From the NCBI GenBank assembly GCA_051942205.1, contig JAVECO010000041.1:62001-126000 (forward strand): a stretch of DNA of 64,000 bases, written 5' to 3'. Of this stretch, positions 1 to 10,887 are shown one piece after another. The notes beneath the pieces are model-generated. The model was given only the letters and a program-made list of their open reading frames with translations, was not told the origin of the DNA and searched no databases. Positions within the stretch are counted from its first letter, which is position 1, and every line of letters starts with the position of its first letter. Source of the stretch: Coniocarpon cinnabarinum (lineage: Eukaryota). Both the position numbers and the translations under genes were made by a program.

Positions 1-1321
1 CATTCCGTCCGAAGCCATCGACGCCTTGATGGCCGAGAACAAGGCCAAACTCATTGTGAAGCTCCACGCAGAGGATATCGAGCGGACCATCATCCGCGTC
101 CTCAACCAGGCTGTTGCTATCAAATTCCCAAACGATCAAGGCCCTGCCCACGTTCCTCACTCGGCTCCTCCCACTCAGACTCAGTTCGCCGCTCCTGGCT
201 CGCAACCCATCATCAACAATCGCATGTGGCAGAAAGCCTTCTACGATCTGACCAAAGACCTCGGCCCGCAGAACAAACTCTCTCCTGCCCAAGCTGCTAC
301 GATGGAACTCGCCGCAACTAACACTGCTTCCAAACTTTCCATCCACCATCAGACCGTTTTTTCCATTGCTCCACAGCCACCAGTCAGCCTTCCCATTGAC
401 CCTCCTGTCGGCGGCATCAAGCCTGACAATGTTTCCACCTCCGAGAGCAAAGACCAGGACACCGCCGTGTTCAAGGAACCCGAGGCTGCTTCTCGTCCCC
501 ACATCACTGTTCCCACGGATGCTCCTGCCATCTCCGAATCTCTCGCTGAGTCGACTCTTTACCAGAAGCGTGCCGAGTCTCCCAAGGCTCGTACTGTCTC
601 TCCTCCAAGCCTTTCGACCTCGCCTTCTGCCGAGGAGATGGAGCGCCGTGTGCAAATTGTCAAAGATCTCGCGGCCAAGTACTCACCCAAAAACCACTGG
701 AACACTCCCGGCACTTTTATGAACAAGCAGCCAGCTGCTACCAACGCCTCGGTCACGCACTCGAAGACTCTCAAGTACATTCACACTGCACATGACGGTC
801 GTGTCACCCACCATTACGTGCCCACTCCCGCTCCGGTTCCTGCTTCCAACACTACTGCTGCAGTCAATGCTCCTCAGGTCTCCACTACTGCTGTCTCCGC
901 CGATTCCGGTCCCAAGGCTCCCGGCGCTGCTTCCATGGTTTCTGCTGCCACACCCGTCACTACTGCTACCGTCCAACCCACTGGATCTGGTCCAAAGGCT
1001 GCCACCACCAATGTCCAACCATCTGCCCCTCGCGCACCTGTTCCCATGGCCGCCTACAACACCGTCGACATCAACAGTGTCAGCGCGAAAGAGCTCAACG
1101 AGCAAGTGGCACGCAACGTTGAAATCACCAAGCAAATCACTGCCAAATATTCCCCTCCGGCTTCCTTCACCAAAATGGCCACTGCCAACCGCAACACTAA
1201 TCAGAACAATGGCAACGCCTACAACGGAAACCGCTCCTCTACTTCCACTGGCGGCGACAAGCGCTCTGCTTGGGCCAAGCCACCAAAGGGTCGCAACCCA
1301 CCAGCTCGCAAGAACTGGTAA
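1..1321 (+). CDS. Hypothetical low-complexity Pro/Ala/Thr/Ser-rich protein, probably 5'-truncated by the window edge
   Basis: 431-aa ORF. The frame is open back to position 2 (ATT CCG TCC GAA GCC ATC GAC GCC TTG ATG). Codons end strongly in C/T. AATAAA occurs near 1736. No recognisable domain. Confidence 0.6.
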   Translation, partial: IPSEAIDALMAENKAKLIVKLHAEDIERTIIRVLNQAVAIKFPNDQGPAHVPHSAPPTQTQFAAPGSQPIINNRMWQKAFYDLTKDLGPQNKLSPAQAATMELAATNTASKLSIHHQTVFSIAPQPPVSLPIDPPVGGIKPDNVSTSESKDQDTAVFKEPEAASRPHITVPTDAPAISESLAESTLYQKRAESPKARTVSPPSLSTSPSAEEMERRVQIVKDLAAKYSPKNHWNTPGTFMNKQPAATNASVTHSKTLKYIHTAHDGRVTHHYVPTPAPVPASNTTAAVNAPQVSTTAVSADSGPKAPGAASMVSAATPVTTATVQPTGSGPKAATTNVQPSAPRAPVPMAAYNTVDINSVSAKELNEQVARNVEITKQITAKYSPPASFTKMATANRNTNQNNGNAYNGNRSSTSTGGDKRSAWAKPPKGRNPPARKNW

Positions 1322-2233
1322 AAAGTGTCATCACCGCCGGCTTCACGAGCCGGGCGTCGATCTTCAACGTCGGCGTCGCTGATCTCGTTTCTCTTTCGCA
1401 ATCTCAATGATTGCCCTCATCGGACTCCACAAGCAGGTCCATTCGAAGCTTCTCATTGGCTTCACTTCTCAGCATTGTAACAGAGTCACACAAATTACTT
1501 GTACCAACATGACGACCTTCTTCATGATCTGTCACTTCGAGTGACCCATTTCACATCACTGTCGCAACCGCGAGGGCATGCTCACTCATGCATTGAAGGG
1601 ACTTTCCATGGCGTTCGGGCAATGGTTAGGGATGGTTGCGGGTGATTTACTAGTTTGATTGCTGCGTTCTACTTGTTCGATCAGCTATGGTGGTGCGGCA
1701 ACTGTCGTGTTACGTAGCGCCCTACATAATTATCAATAAAAACCATAAAAACTTCATGTGCTGTCTTCGTTGTCTTCTCCTTCTCGTGATGGTTGTTGCT
1801 ATGCCACCCTCGTCCCCACTGCCAACCGTCTCTGTCTGCTGACTTTATGACCCTTCCCTCCGCGTGATTGGTGTTGCTGTGTCGCGCTCCTCAACATGAG
1901 CTGTCCCCCTTTGCTGTCTCATGCCTTACTGTTGACGTCATGTCACTGTCTATATCTTGCTTGCGCTTGCGTCGGTGCGCCACTTCGTATTGCCTGAGTG
2001 ACCCACCGCAACCTTAACGCCTTGTCATCGCAAACAACGTTGTTGACATCGTTACAACATTGCGCAAAACACCGGACGTCACCTCTTAACGCTTTGGTAA
2101 TCTCTTGCGCACAAATGCTCGTAGAAGTTGATCCGGATCATGCAAATCAATGTAGCTCATTGCAAAGTCCCTGAATAGCCAGACTACTTAATTCTTTGTG
2201 AACATGGTGGGGGCTACGCAGAACACGCCCGCA

Positions 2234-4843
2234 TTACCTCACGAGCCTCTCCTCCTCTCCATCATCGTCATCGCTCTCCGTCTCCTCGTCCGTCTCCTCT
2301 TCTTCCTCTTCCTCTTCACTGCTCTCCTCGCTGTCCTCCCCATCCCCGCTTTCTTCGTCCTCGCTCCCCTTCTCATCCTCCCCCAGCCAATCCTCCAAAT
2401 CCCGCTCCCTCACCACCGGCGCACCGACCCTCACCTCCCCTGATCGAGATTCCTTCTCCGCACTCAGCCCATCACCCGCAGTGCCTGTTCCAAACCCTTT
2501 GGAGCCACTCCCGAATCCACTCAAACTTGGTATTGCGCTTGTGTCAGACCCAGCTGCATCCCGTAATCTTGCATCCGGTTCTTCGCCTTCTTTGACCCAT
2601 TTGGGCAAGACTGTCTTGTCATAGCCAGGTATCGTTGCGTCACCTAGCACGAGCGCTGCGCTCCCTAGCTCAAGTTCCTGGCGGAGAGAAGCGGATGTCG
2701 TTGAGACTGGTGGTGGTTTTGGAGCTAGTAATAAAAGTGTGGCGAGCTGCGTGTTTGCGGCCATTGACGGGGCGAGAGGTTGATAGAGGTGGGCTGTTGT
2801 GGAGAGTCCTACTGGTGGAAGGAGGGCGCGATGGGTGCGCGCTATGTCGCGGAGGTGGTAGGATGTATCGTAGCGGATTAGGGAGTGCAGGTAGGCGTAG
2901 AGGAGCGGGATAGGACTTTTATCTGCTGTCTCACTGTCCTCTGCTCGCGGCTGCTCATCAGCGGACTTAGCATTAGTGTTGTCGTTTTCGTTTGCGACTG
3001 AAGAAGTCGGTTGCGCGTTGAGATGATGTACATAGACTTTTGCAGCGAGGATCGAGATTTGAATCTTGACTTCTTCAGCTTCGTCCGCAAAGCCTTTGAG
3101 GAGGATGCGTAGCACGTCTGCAGCGACATTGCCCTTGCCAGCGCCATCAGACATGTCCGAGCCGGCATACTCGCCCACAAGCCAAACGATTGCAGCACGT
3201 GCCTTGGGCGGCTTTGTCGTGTCTAGATCTTTGGCGAGGCGAATGACAGTAGACATGTGCTTATCGGAACTGGCTTGAATTAGGTGACGGACTTGGGTAA
3301 GAGCCTCGGATGCGGCAATGTCAGACAGCTCTGGAGAGCACCCGAATGCTGGCGAGGCTTTAACGTGTGAGAGGAGTAGCTGAAGACAGCGTGTTGAGAT
3401 CGGTGAGTCCGATTGCACAGCCAGGGCACAGCGACCAATGGCTGAGATGGCGGCATGCAAGAGCTCTGGGGATGTGTTGACTCGACGACGAGCGGCTGTA
3501 GCGAGTTCTGATAGAATGAGAGACTGCGTGTGTTTGGGTGCATGAGGAAAGAAGAGCGCGAGGAGTTCGACTTTGAGAGGAGCCGTGTCCGTTGGTGAGT
3601 CTGTCGATTTGAGGATGAAATGTCGTGTGTGAGGTACGAAGGATGATGGATGGAGATGCGCGACTTGAAGGATATTGTGCAATGCGAGAGGCACAATTGA
3701 GGGCGTACTGGTGCCTCGTAGGAGCGTAAGGACCTGTGGAATGGCTAATGACAGATGTGGTGGCGGTTGCTGTGAATTTCGAGATGATGTCGGTACTTCA
3801 AGAGCAATGTACAGTCGCGTAACAGCTACAATGACTGCAGGATTGCGAGACTGCAAAAGAGGTTGAGAACATTTGAAAAGGTGTGTCAGGTCAGGATCTT
3901 GCAGTGGTACTGCTTCGTATTCATCTGATATAGAAAGCTCTGATGCAGGTTCTGGCTCGTCGTAAAAGGCCTGCATCCTTTGCTGCTCTGCGCGCTCATG
4001 CTTGACAGCGTCTTTCTTGACTTTCCTTGTTCGTATTGGAAAGCATCGTCGTGCGTACATACCCAGGACCCTCAGAGCCGCGCATTGACCCCAGTCATCC
4101 ATGTCCACGAGCTTCTTACAGAGACCCCGATACACACCATGCATCATTCCAATGACTTTGTCCATGCCTTCTTGCGTGTCAAAGAGTTCCGTCTCCAATA
4201 GCGCTGTGCAAGCCGCGCCAACGACGATGTATTGCCTGTCACCTAGCAACTGTCCTAGATATCCTTCCAGTTGTGGTGCCGTGCTTGGATCGAGCTTCCA
4301 GCATTTGGGTATAGCCAATGCCGCAGTCTTTCTTACAATGGGCGACATGTCGCCAATGCCCTTCTTGATCCCCAAAGCCACGATCTGTGCAATCACCGGC
4401 ACCCTGAGGCTCGATATCGTGCGCAGCGCCAAAGCTCGAATGTGTGGGTCCGACGCGGAGAGCGCTTTCTGGATACTGTTAATGGCCAGCAATGCCGTAT
4501 CTTGATCCGACTCGGCATGTTGTATTAGGATCAAGTACACAAGCTTGCGGATATGTGTGTTCGGTGAGGATATGTTCTTCAAGATCGTTGGCAGAAGTTG
4601 GGAAGCGACGTCAGAGTCGGCGCGTCGTTTGGGAGATTGCGTTAGGGTGAGAAAGCGCCGCAAGCCGTCGAGAATTTCTCGATCATGCTTGCTGTTCAAT
4701 AGGGTCTTGATCTGAGGGATGCTTGTCTGAGTGGTGCCACTGGTGTTGGGTGCTTTGCGAAGAGAGGATGTTAGAGTGGAGGCGTCGAGGGTGAGGTCGC
4801 GTGTTGGCTCGAGCAAAGAGGAGACTCGCGATATTGAATCCAT
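2234..4843 (-). CDS. APL6: AP-3 adaptor complex beta subunit
   Basis: 869-aa single-exon ORF with adaptin N-terminal motifs (RKLVYL, ALLAINSIQKAL, IRALALR, DMSPIVRKTAALAIPK, WLVGEY, RYDTSYHLRD) and an acidic C-terminal stretch. Confidence 0.93.
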   Translation of the reverse strand: MDSISRVSSLLEPTRDLTLDASTLTSSLRKAPNTSGTTQTSIPQIKTLLNSKHDREILDGLRRFLTLTQSPKRRADSDVASQLLPTILKNISSPNTHIRKLVYLILIQHAESDQDTALLAINSIQKALSASDPHIRALALRTISSLRVPVIAQIVALGIKKGIGDMSPIVRKTAALAIPKCWKLDPSTAPQLEGYLGQLLGDRQYIVVGAACTALLETELFDTQEGMDKVIGMMHGVYRGLCKKLVDMDDWGQCAALRVLGMYARRCFPIRTRKVKKDAVKHERAEQQRMQAFYDEPEPASELSISDEYEAVPLQDPDLTHLFKCSQPLLQSRNPAVIVAVTRLYIALEVPTSSRNSQQPPPHLSLAIPQVLTLLRGTSTPSIVPLALHNILQVAHLHPSSFVPHTRHFILKSTDSPTDTAPLKVELLALFFPHAPKHTQSLILSELATAARRRVNTSPELLHAAISAIGRCALAVQSDSPISTRCLQLLLSHVKASPAFGCSPELSDIAASEALTQVRHLIQASSDKHMSTVIRLAKDLDTTKPPKARAAIVWLVGEYAGSDMSDGAGKGNVAADVLRILLKGFADEAEEVKIQISILAAKVYVHHLNAQPTSSVANENDNTNAKSADEQPRAEDSETADKSPIPLLYAYLHSLIRYDTSYHLRDIARTHRALLPPVGLSTTAHLYQPLAPSMAANTQLATLLLLAPKPPPVSTTSASLRQELELGSAALVLGDATIPGYDKTVLPKWVKEGEEPDARLRDAAGSDTSAIPSLSGFGSGSKGFGTGTAGDGLSAEKESRSGEVRVGAPVVRERDLEDWLGEDEKGSEDEESGDGEDSEESSEEEEEEEETDEETESDDDDGEEERLVR

Positions 4844-5149
4844 GGAACCCCGCGGCCGACACTTACGGTGGGCGCCTTCGTCACGTCAAGTCTACAATTT
4901 GGAACATCGCTGACGCTGCGTTTCTCTACGCTTCACGTGACCATCGGAACATGCCAAGCACTTTGTGGCAACAAGCCGAAGTCCTGGAGCACTTTTTCTA
5001 TAGCAAGTAACAGTATGCGTTCAAGCATGGAGCTCATTGCTAGGAGAATGCAAATTACTCGGAGAATGCAGTACGCACGGGGACGGAAGACACTCCAAAG
5101 ATGATACAAAGACTTTACAGCAGATCCCGACTTCCTAGTTAACCAGCAT

Positions 5150-5980
5150 ATGGATGCCAAATGCTTCACTGGAGCAAAGTTGGCTGCTCTTCTAACTTCT
5201 ATCCTTTTCAATCATGATGCGGATACCCTTCTAGTCGTCTGCGCTGATAAGCTAAACTTCATTCGGAGTCTATCTAAATCTATTCAAGATAGCACCGATG
5301 AACGTTCGTCTTCTCGTTCGAATGAACAATATCAAGTTTCAGAAGCTCAGCCTGATAACGATCCTGCCAGTCATAATGATGCCAATGGTGCTCAAACCCA
5401 CCCATTGCTGACCCGGACCTTGCAAGTGCTCGCTGCTTCCCAAACCATTCACCTCTCCTTTTGTCCGTCGGTGCAAGTTCTTCGAGCCTACTTGTCAACT
5501 TTTGACGGCTCAAGCAACCATCCTCAACATGAAGGAGGTGACGACACCACGCGAGTGTTGTCGCTCGTTCTCATCAACCCAATATCCTTGCATCTGACGA
5601 CATCATCTTATTCTGCGCAATCAATTAGCGAGACCCTCGCAGCTGCGGTCGAGTCGTCTTGGAGAAATCAGTGCAAACTGACCGTTGTTGAAACTATTGA
5701 TCAAATGGTGGGCTCGACAACGGACGGCATCAGCAATCCTACGAACGATCTTGCCGTGAACAGTGCCAACGGCAACACCAATACTGTCGTGGGCAACGAA
5801 AATCAAGAACGCCAAACCTCTTTCCGCGGAGACGTCATGGAAGAGCAAGTAGCAGTGATAAGTCCGTCTACTAAACTGTTCGGAGTGGGCGGTGACCGCA
5901 CTCTTGTAGCAAGGACTGTGCAGGTGAAGGATGTTGTGAAACGCTGGTGCAAGATGATCGCCTTCGAATCACGCAGTTGA
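5150..5980 (+). CDS. Conserved fungal hypothetical protein
   Basis: 276-aa ATG ORF divergent from APL6, with globular-looking segments (HPLLTRTL, IHLSFCPSVQVLRAYLS, RTVQVKDVVKRW). Confidence 0.7.
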   Translation: MDAKCFTGAKLAALLTSILFNHDADTLLVVCADKLNFIRSLSKSIQDSTDERSSSRSNEQYQVSEAQPDNDPASHNDANGAQTHPLLTRTLQVLAASQTIHLSFCPSVQVLRAYLSTFDGSSNHPQHEGGDDTTRVLSLVLINPISLHLTTSSYSAQSISETLAAAVESSWRNQCKLTVVETIDQMVGSTTDGISNPTNDLAVNSANGNTNTVVGNENQERQTSFRGDVMEEQVAVISPSTKLFGVGGDRTLVARTVQVKDVVKRWCKMIAFESRS

Positions 5981-6703
5981 GGGAACAATGCAGAAGGACC
6001 CTACAGAACTCACACATGCAAACTGTTCAAGGATCGTGTGAAATCGTCTGATGCGTAAAGAAACGCTCGTTGACCTCAAGCCTGCCAGCACAGGCATGTG
6101 AAACCAACCCCGCAAGTGAGTCGTAAGCCCGACCGATCATGAGTCAGTTCTCTTGATATTCATGTCCTCAATATTAAACTTCTGGTATCGGTGTCCTTGA
6201 TATGCCAAGCGCCTTCTGCTGAACGATAGCAGCCAATGTGGCTCGTGATCATAGGAAAAGCACTCAGCACAGTATCAGCGTTCTGGAAGGCCTACAACGC
6301 AACTGCAACACAAATGCAACAACTTTAGCACCTTTAATGAAGATGTAGATTATTGTCTCACGGATCTTTGAGAGCCTTTTCTGACTTCATACGATGACCA
6401 GAAGAAGCAGCGGTATCAGTTCTAGCTGCTACGCTGATCCGAGCAAGTGATTTAATGTTCACGACTACGAATCAAGAGCGATCGCAAGACGAGGAGGATT
6501 CTCAGAGATATTTGCGTCTCAAGGTCTAGTTGAATGGAAGGAAGTTGGAATTGCGTACGCGTGCTATGAAAGAGAGTACGAATTTCAAAGTTAATAGGCC
6601 GTGCCCAGACAAGACACAGAATCGAGAAGGCCAGCAACAAAGCTAACGCGGCTGTCCCTTTACTGCTCTTGAACGAAACGAAGAAATGATGTGACAGAAA
6701 CGA

Positions 6704-9700
6704 TCACCAAGCACGCTTGACTTCTTTACCCTTCCCACGTGATCCTTTCCTGCCAGAAGCTGTTCCAGACGGTGGCGATGACGAAGCCAGAGACGGGAAG
6801 TCGTTCTCGTTTGCGTGGTGGTGCTGACCAGCATCTTCAGGTGGCGAGGAAGAGCCTCGATCAGGAAGACTGGCGCGAATGGCACGGCTCAAATCATCAT
6901 CTTCGCCGTACAAGTGCGGTGATCGAGGGGCTGAACGGCCGAGGGGTGGCAACTTCGTCGGTGACGAAGACGGTTTGTTTTCTTCTTGGGTCATACTGAG
7001 AGCGATTGCTTCCGCCAAGTCGGGGTCGTTTTCAAGCTGCGCCATGTCTCGCTGATTGCTAGATCCAGCCTGTAGCGGCGACGCAGGCATGCTGGGCGAG
7101 CTAGATGCCTGGCGCTCGCGCTCTTCTTGCAAGCTCAGCTCCATGGCTCGCTTGACGTCGGAATCCTCAGTTGCAAGAGTCGACTGGCTTTGCTCTTCAA
7201 GCATTTCGCGTGGCAAAGCAACACCACCTTCAGGCAGCATCTCGAAACGCTGCCGCCAGCTTGCATATTTCCAATTCTCCGCATCACGATCATTCAGGGA
7301 TGCTTTGTGCGCTTCGACTTCATCAGTGCTTGCATTGCGACTTAGCTTTATCGTTGACTCGGCGGCACGACGCAGCTGCTTCTCGTTCTCTTCTTGACTC
7401 AGAAGTTTAGCGTAGGCAATCATGTCCGCCTCAGAGGCATCAGCACCAAGAAGGTCCATACCAAATCGACCGGCAAACCGACGATCTTGCTTGCTTGCAC
7501 GGCGCTGCTCGATCTGATCAAGCTCACGCTGATGAAGCTCGTGGCTAACATAGCTTTTCAAATTTGTCCGACGCTGACCACCTGAGGTAGAGTAACCCAT
7601 GTCTGCCTCTCCACCTCCTGTGAGATTGGGATTTTTGGAGCCATTGCCTTTCTTCAGCTTCCGCTTCTGAGATCGCGACATTTCTTCCGCAGAAGAGGCA
7701 GAGCTGAAACTCCAGTATTTGATCCAACTATCAATAGTCGCTACACCTCGCAAGACATGAGGATCGGGATCAAGGCAGATAGCACTGGCCGCGAGGCGCT
7801 CGGTATTCTGCGTTGCCCAGGTGGCTGGAACAGACGCTTGCTGAGCTGCGATGATGGCGCGACGCCTATTATTGATGAATCGGCGTGAGCTGAGAGTGCG
7901 CAAAGGCTCAGTTGTCGATGCTAGCAGATCCCATGCTTGAAGCAGGCCCTCAGTTCCGCCATGCACGAGGTAGAGGGAGGAAAGAGCGACGGAGGCTATG
8001 CCAGGCGAGTCTGTAACGATAACACGAACAGGCTGAACGTCATTCGTCAAATCTGCAAGCTTAGCGGTTGGAGCTCGGAGGTCCCAGACGAAGACGAATC
8101 CCGATGCTGTTCCAGCGGCGAAAAGACGAGCCCTTCGACCTGGGACAGTGTCTGCATCGGTCTTGCTCGGCGTGTCAGCATGTGGTGCTCGACCATGCCT
8201 TGCAGCCAATCTCGCTTTGCGCAAGCTCTCGTCTTCCTCCAGCGTAGTTGTTGCATGCATTGAATTGTCACTTCCTATAGCTGTCACCGGGGTCAGGGCA
8301 TAGACGCCGCCAGGCGAGTATGTCGTTTGAAGCCACGCATCCGATCTTTGATCTAAACCTTCCGGTGAGTCTTGCGCTAGGGTCTTTGACCTTTTCCAGC
8401 GTGTGATGGTCGTTCGAGGGAACTCGACGTCGCTGGTAGAAATGACGGCGCTCTCTCCGGCCAGTCCGCCATCGTCGCCTGCAAAGTCGACCAACAGTTT
8501 TCGACGCATATTCCAGCCGTCGAACTCCGAGCGGATCTCTGCAGGAGATTTGCCGAACCATGGCTGCAACCTCGAAGTTTCGTCCGCGAGACTCATAGTA
8601 ACACTGTTCGGCCCAACAATCGTAGGAATGCCTGGCAGATTTGATGCATCTTTCCCATCTTCATACCTCGATGTCCGAAGCGTGTTCGAAACGATATGCC
8701 AAGGCGACTTCAAACCAGTCTGCCATGCGCGCAACTCCTCTTTTTCGGCCACTTCCTCAGGCGTAGCGTTTCGAAAGGCTTGTGGCTTCGCCGCGGGTTC
8801 GACCACACTCGTGATATAAAACAGCTCACCAATTGCATTCAGTGCAAAGCCCCACACTCTGCCAGCAGACATTCGATCCTCATTGAAGTGATCGTCCGCG
8901 CACACAGCAATGATCGGGACACCTGGACTGAGCGTCCAACGCGCCGTCATCTCACCGCGTTCATACCGCTGACCACCCTGAGGTCCGACGCTGTATGACG
9001 TGACAGTGCCATTTGAAGAACCCACTAACATACCAATCATGCCTTGAGAAGTCCGAGGCAACGCAGTTGATTTGGCTATCCAGAGTGCAGTCGGACACTG
9101 CAGTTCATTCAAGAGAAAAGGAACGCCTTCAGTTCGATAAGAAAGACCAGAGAATGACGTTAGAAGTCGAGCGTGCTTTTCTCCCACTCCGAGGAAATGC
9201 ACATTGCCACCTGGAGTTCCTTCGCCATACAGCATGCCAAAGTGCTGGCTGACCTCCAGCATATTTGGCACGCCTACACACGTTCCGGCGCCCATGCCAT
9301 ACGGCTCGACACCAGGATGTATCTCATGGAAGTGACGGAAGAAGACTGGGTTACTGAAACCCCAAGCATCAAATTTGCCGCGCCTGTCACTACTCAAGAC
9401 AGAGCCGGACATTGCTGAGCCATGTATAAATTGTGGTTTGCGCTTATCAAAGATGGACCCGAAATCGGCATCGAGTGCAGTGCATCCTTGCCATATCCGG
9501 GAGGAGAACGTGAATGTTGCACTACCTTTTCCTGGCTTTCCTGGACATGGTGCTGCAAATGGCAGCGAAGGTCTGCCTCGCATCAAAGCCCGAAGTAATC
9601 GAGTCCGGGTTAAGTATTCGCTACTCCAGGAGATAGAGGCCGAAAGCCGTGTGAAGACACGCGCTTCGGAGTGAAATGTCTCGTCCGGCTTGCCTGCTGC

Positions 9701-10304
9701 CACAGGCGTATGGGTCTGTAAGGACTCCGGGCCTGGAAAGTATTTCGAGAACGCATTAGACCATGCAGTAGGAGAAGTGACCAGAGCATAGAAGCGTCTC
9801 GAGACGAGCTTAACGGTCAGCAGGTCCTGCGCAGGCAGATGCGACATGACCTGGAAAAGAAGCTCTGCGAATGATAAGCGTATGTCTAGCATTGCATTGA
9901 GTCTGATTCATACCTTGTGGAAAGCTGTGAAGAGTTGATCTTTCTTCGCCTCTATCGCCTGAGGAACTTCCACCCCTCTGCCATTTCCTACTCACAGCAG
10001 GCTCAAGAGCCAAGCTTAGATTTTCAATGTCCAAATCTTCAATCCCATTCTCGATCTCTCTGGCGGTAGGGCTCAGCCCGGCGAGTGCAGAGCCATGAGG
10101 CGAGGCAAGCTCCGAAGTTGGAGACAAGGACCATTCGGTCGACGAGCCTCCAAAGCTGCCACCACGCTCTCCTGAAGAAAGCAATGGGGAGCTTGCGAGC
10201 TCTGAAGGATTACCAAAGAGGCCATGCTGGGCTGGAGAGGAAGATTCGGGGGAAGCTGATCTTACTGAAGCGTTCTGGGGAAGCTCAGTGGAGTCAGATT
10301 GCAT
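6704..10304 (-). CDS. pof10: F-box / WD-like repeat protein with C-terminal UIM-like motifs (Pof10-like); intron 9865..9913
   Basis: Splicing GTATGA...CGCAG rebuilds the F-box LHSFPQ|ELLFQVMSHLPAQDLLTVKLVSRRFYALV. WD-like segments: VFVWDLR, LLQAWDL. UIM-like helices: DVKRAMELSL, DLAEAIALSM, DLSRAIRASL. Confidence 0.8.
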
Positions 10305-10602
10305 AAAATAGCTTTGAAAAGAAAAGAGAAATGAATTGGCCGAGGCAGATACACTGAGCCCCAGCGAGAAAGTAAGATGCGACTTGCGAGGCGGGCGCGA
10401 TGGGTTCCTGGTGATGAAGGGAAAGGAGTCGCGTCCATCTAATGGCGAGATGATGTTTGGCGTACGCGGTGCCTTGGAAACAAGGTGTCGATCTCGTCCC
10501 ACAGTATGAGGGACGTGTAGGTGAAGTTGTTTATTGCCACGAGATTGGGAGGTACTGGAGATGCTGATTAGTCTTTGACTTTAATAGCTAACCAGACTTA
10601 CC

Positions 10603-10851
10603 ATGGATGTTCTGTTACTGCTAACGCTCATCTTCTTCATCCCGCTTGCACTCTTCGTGGCTTGGCTCATCCTCTCCTCGTGTCTGGGCGACCAATTCCG
10701 CGCCTACATAAACGCCAGACTTGCCAGCGCTCGGAGTCGAAGCTCCTACGGTCGCACGTACTCTAAGAATCTCTCTTCACACGCTGGCTGGGAGCAGATC
10801 GAGATGCAAGACATGCTTGACCACAGTCACGACGCGGAGGATGAAAGCTGA
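10603..10851 (+). CDS. Small single-pass membrane protein (82 aa)
   Basis: ACCATGG start context, ~25-residue hydrophobic N-terminus, then a basic stretch and an acidic tail. Fits the gap between the F-box gene and ELP4. Confidence 0.6.
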   Translation: MDVLLLLTLIFFIPLALFVAWLILSSCLGDQFRAYINARLASARSRSSYGRTYSKNLSSHAGWEQIEMQDMLDHSHDAEDES

Positions 10852-10887
10852 TCTGACAACCAAGAGCAGCAAGCAGTTGAAGGTTTC

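Noticed and set aside
1620..1640. TTAGGG telomere-like sequence
   Set aside because: Single copy with no tandem array.
2198..2443. Hydrophobic 81-aa ORF resembling a membrane protein
   Set aside because: It is the antisense shadow of the Glu/Asp-rich (GAR-repeat) tail of APL6.
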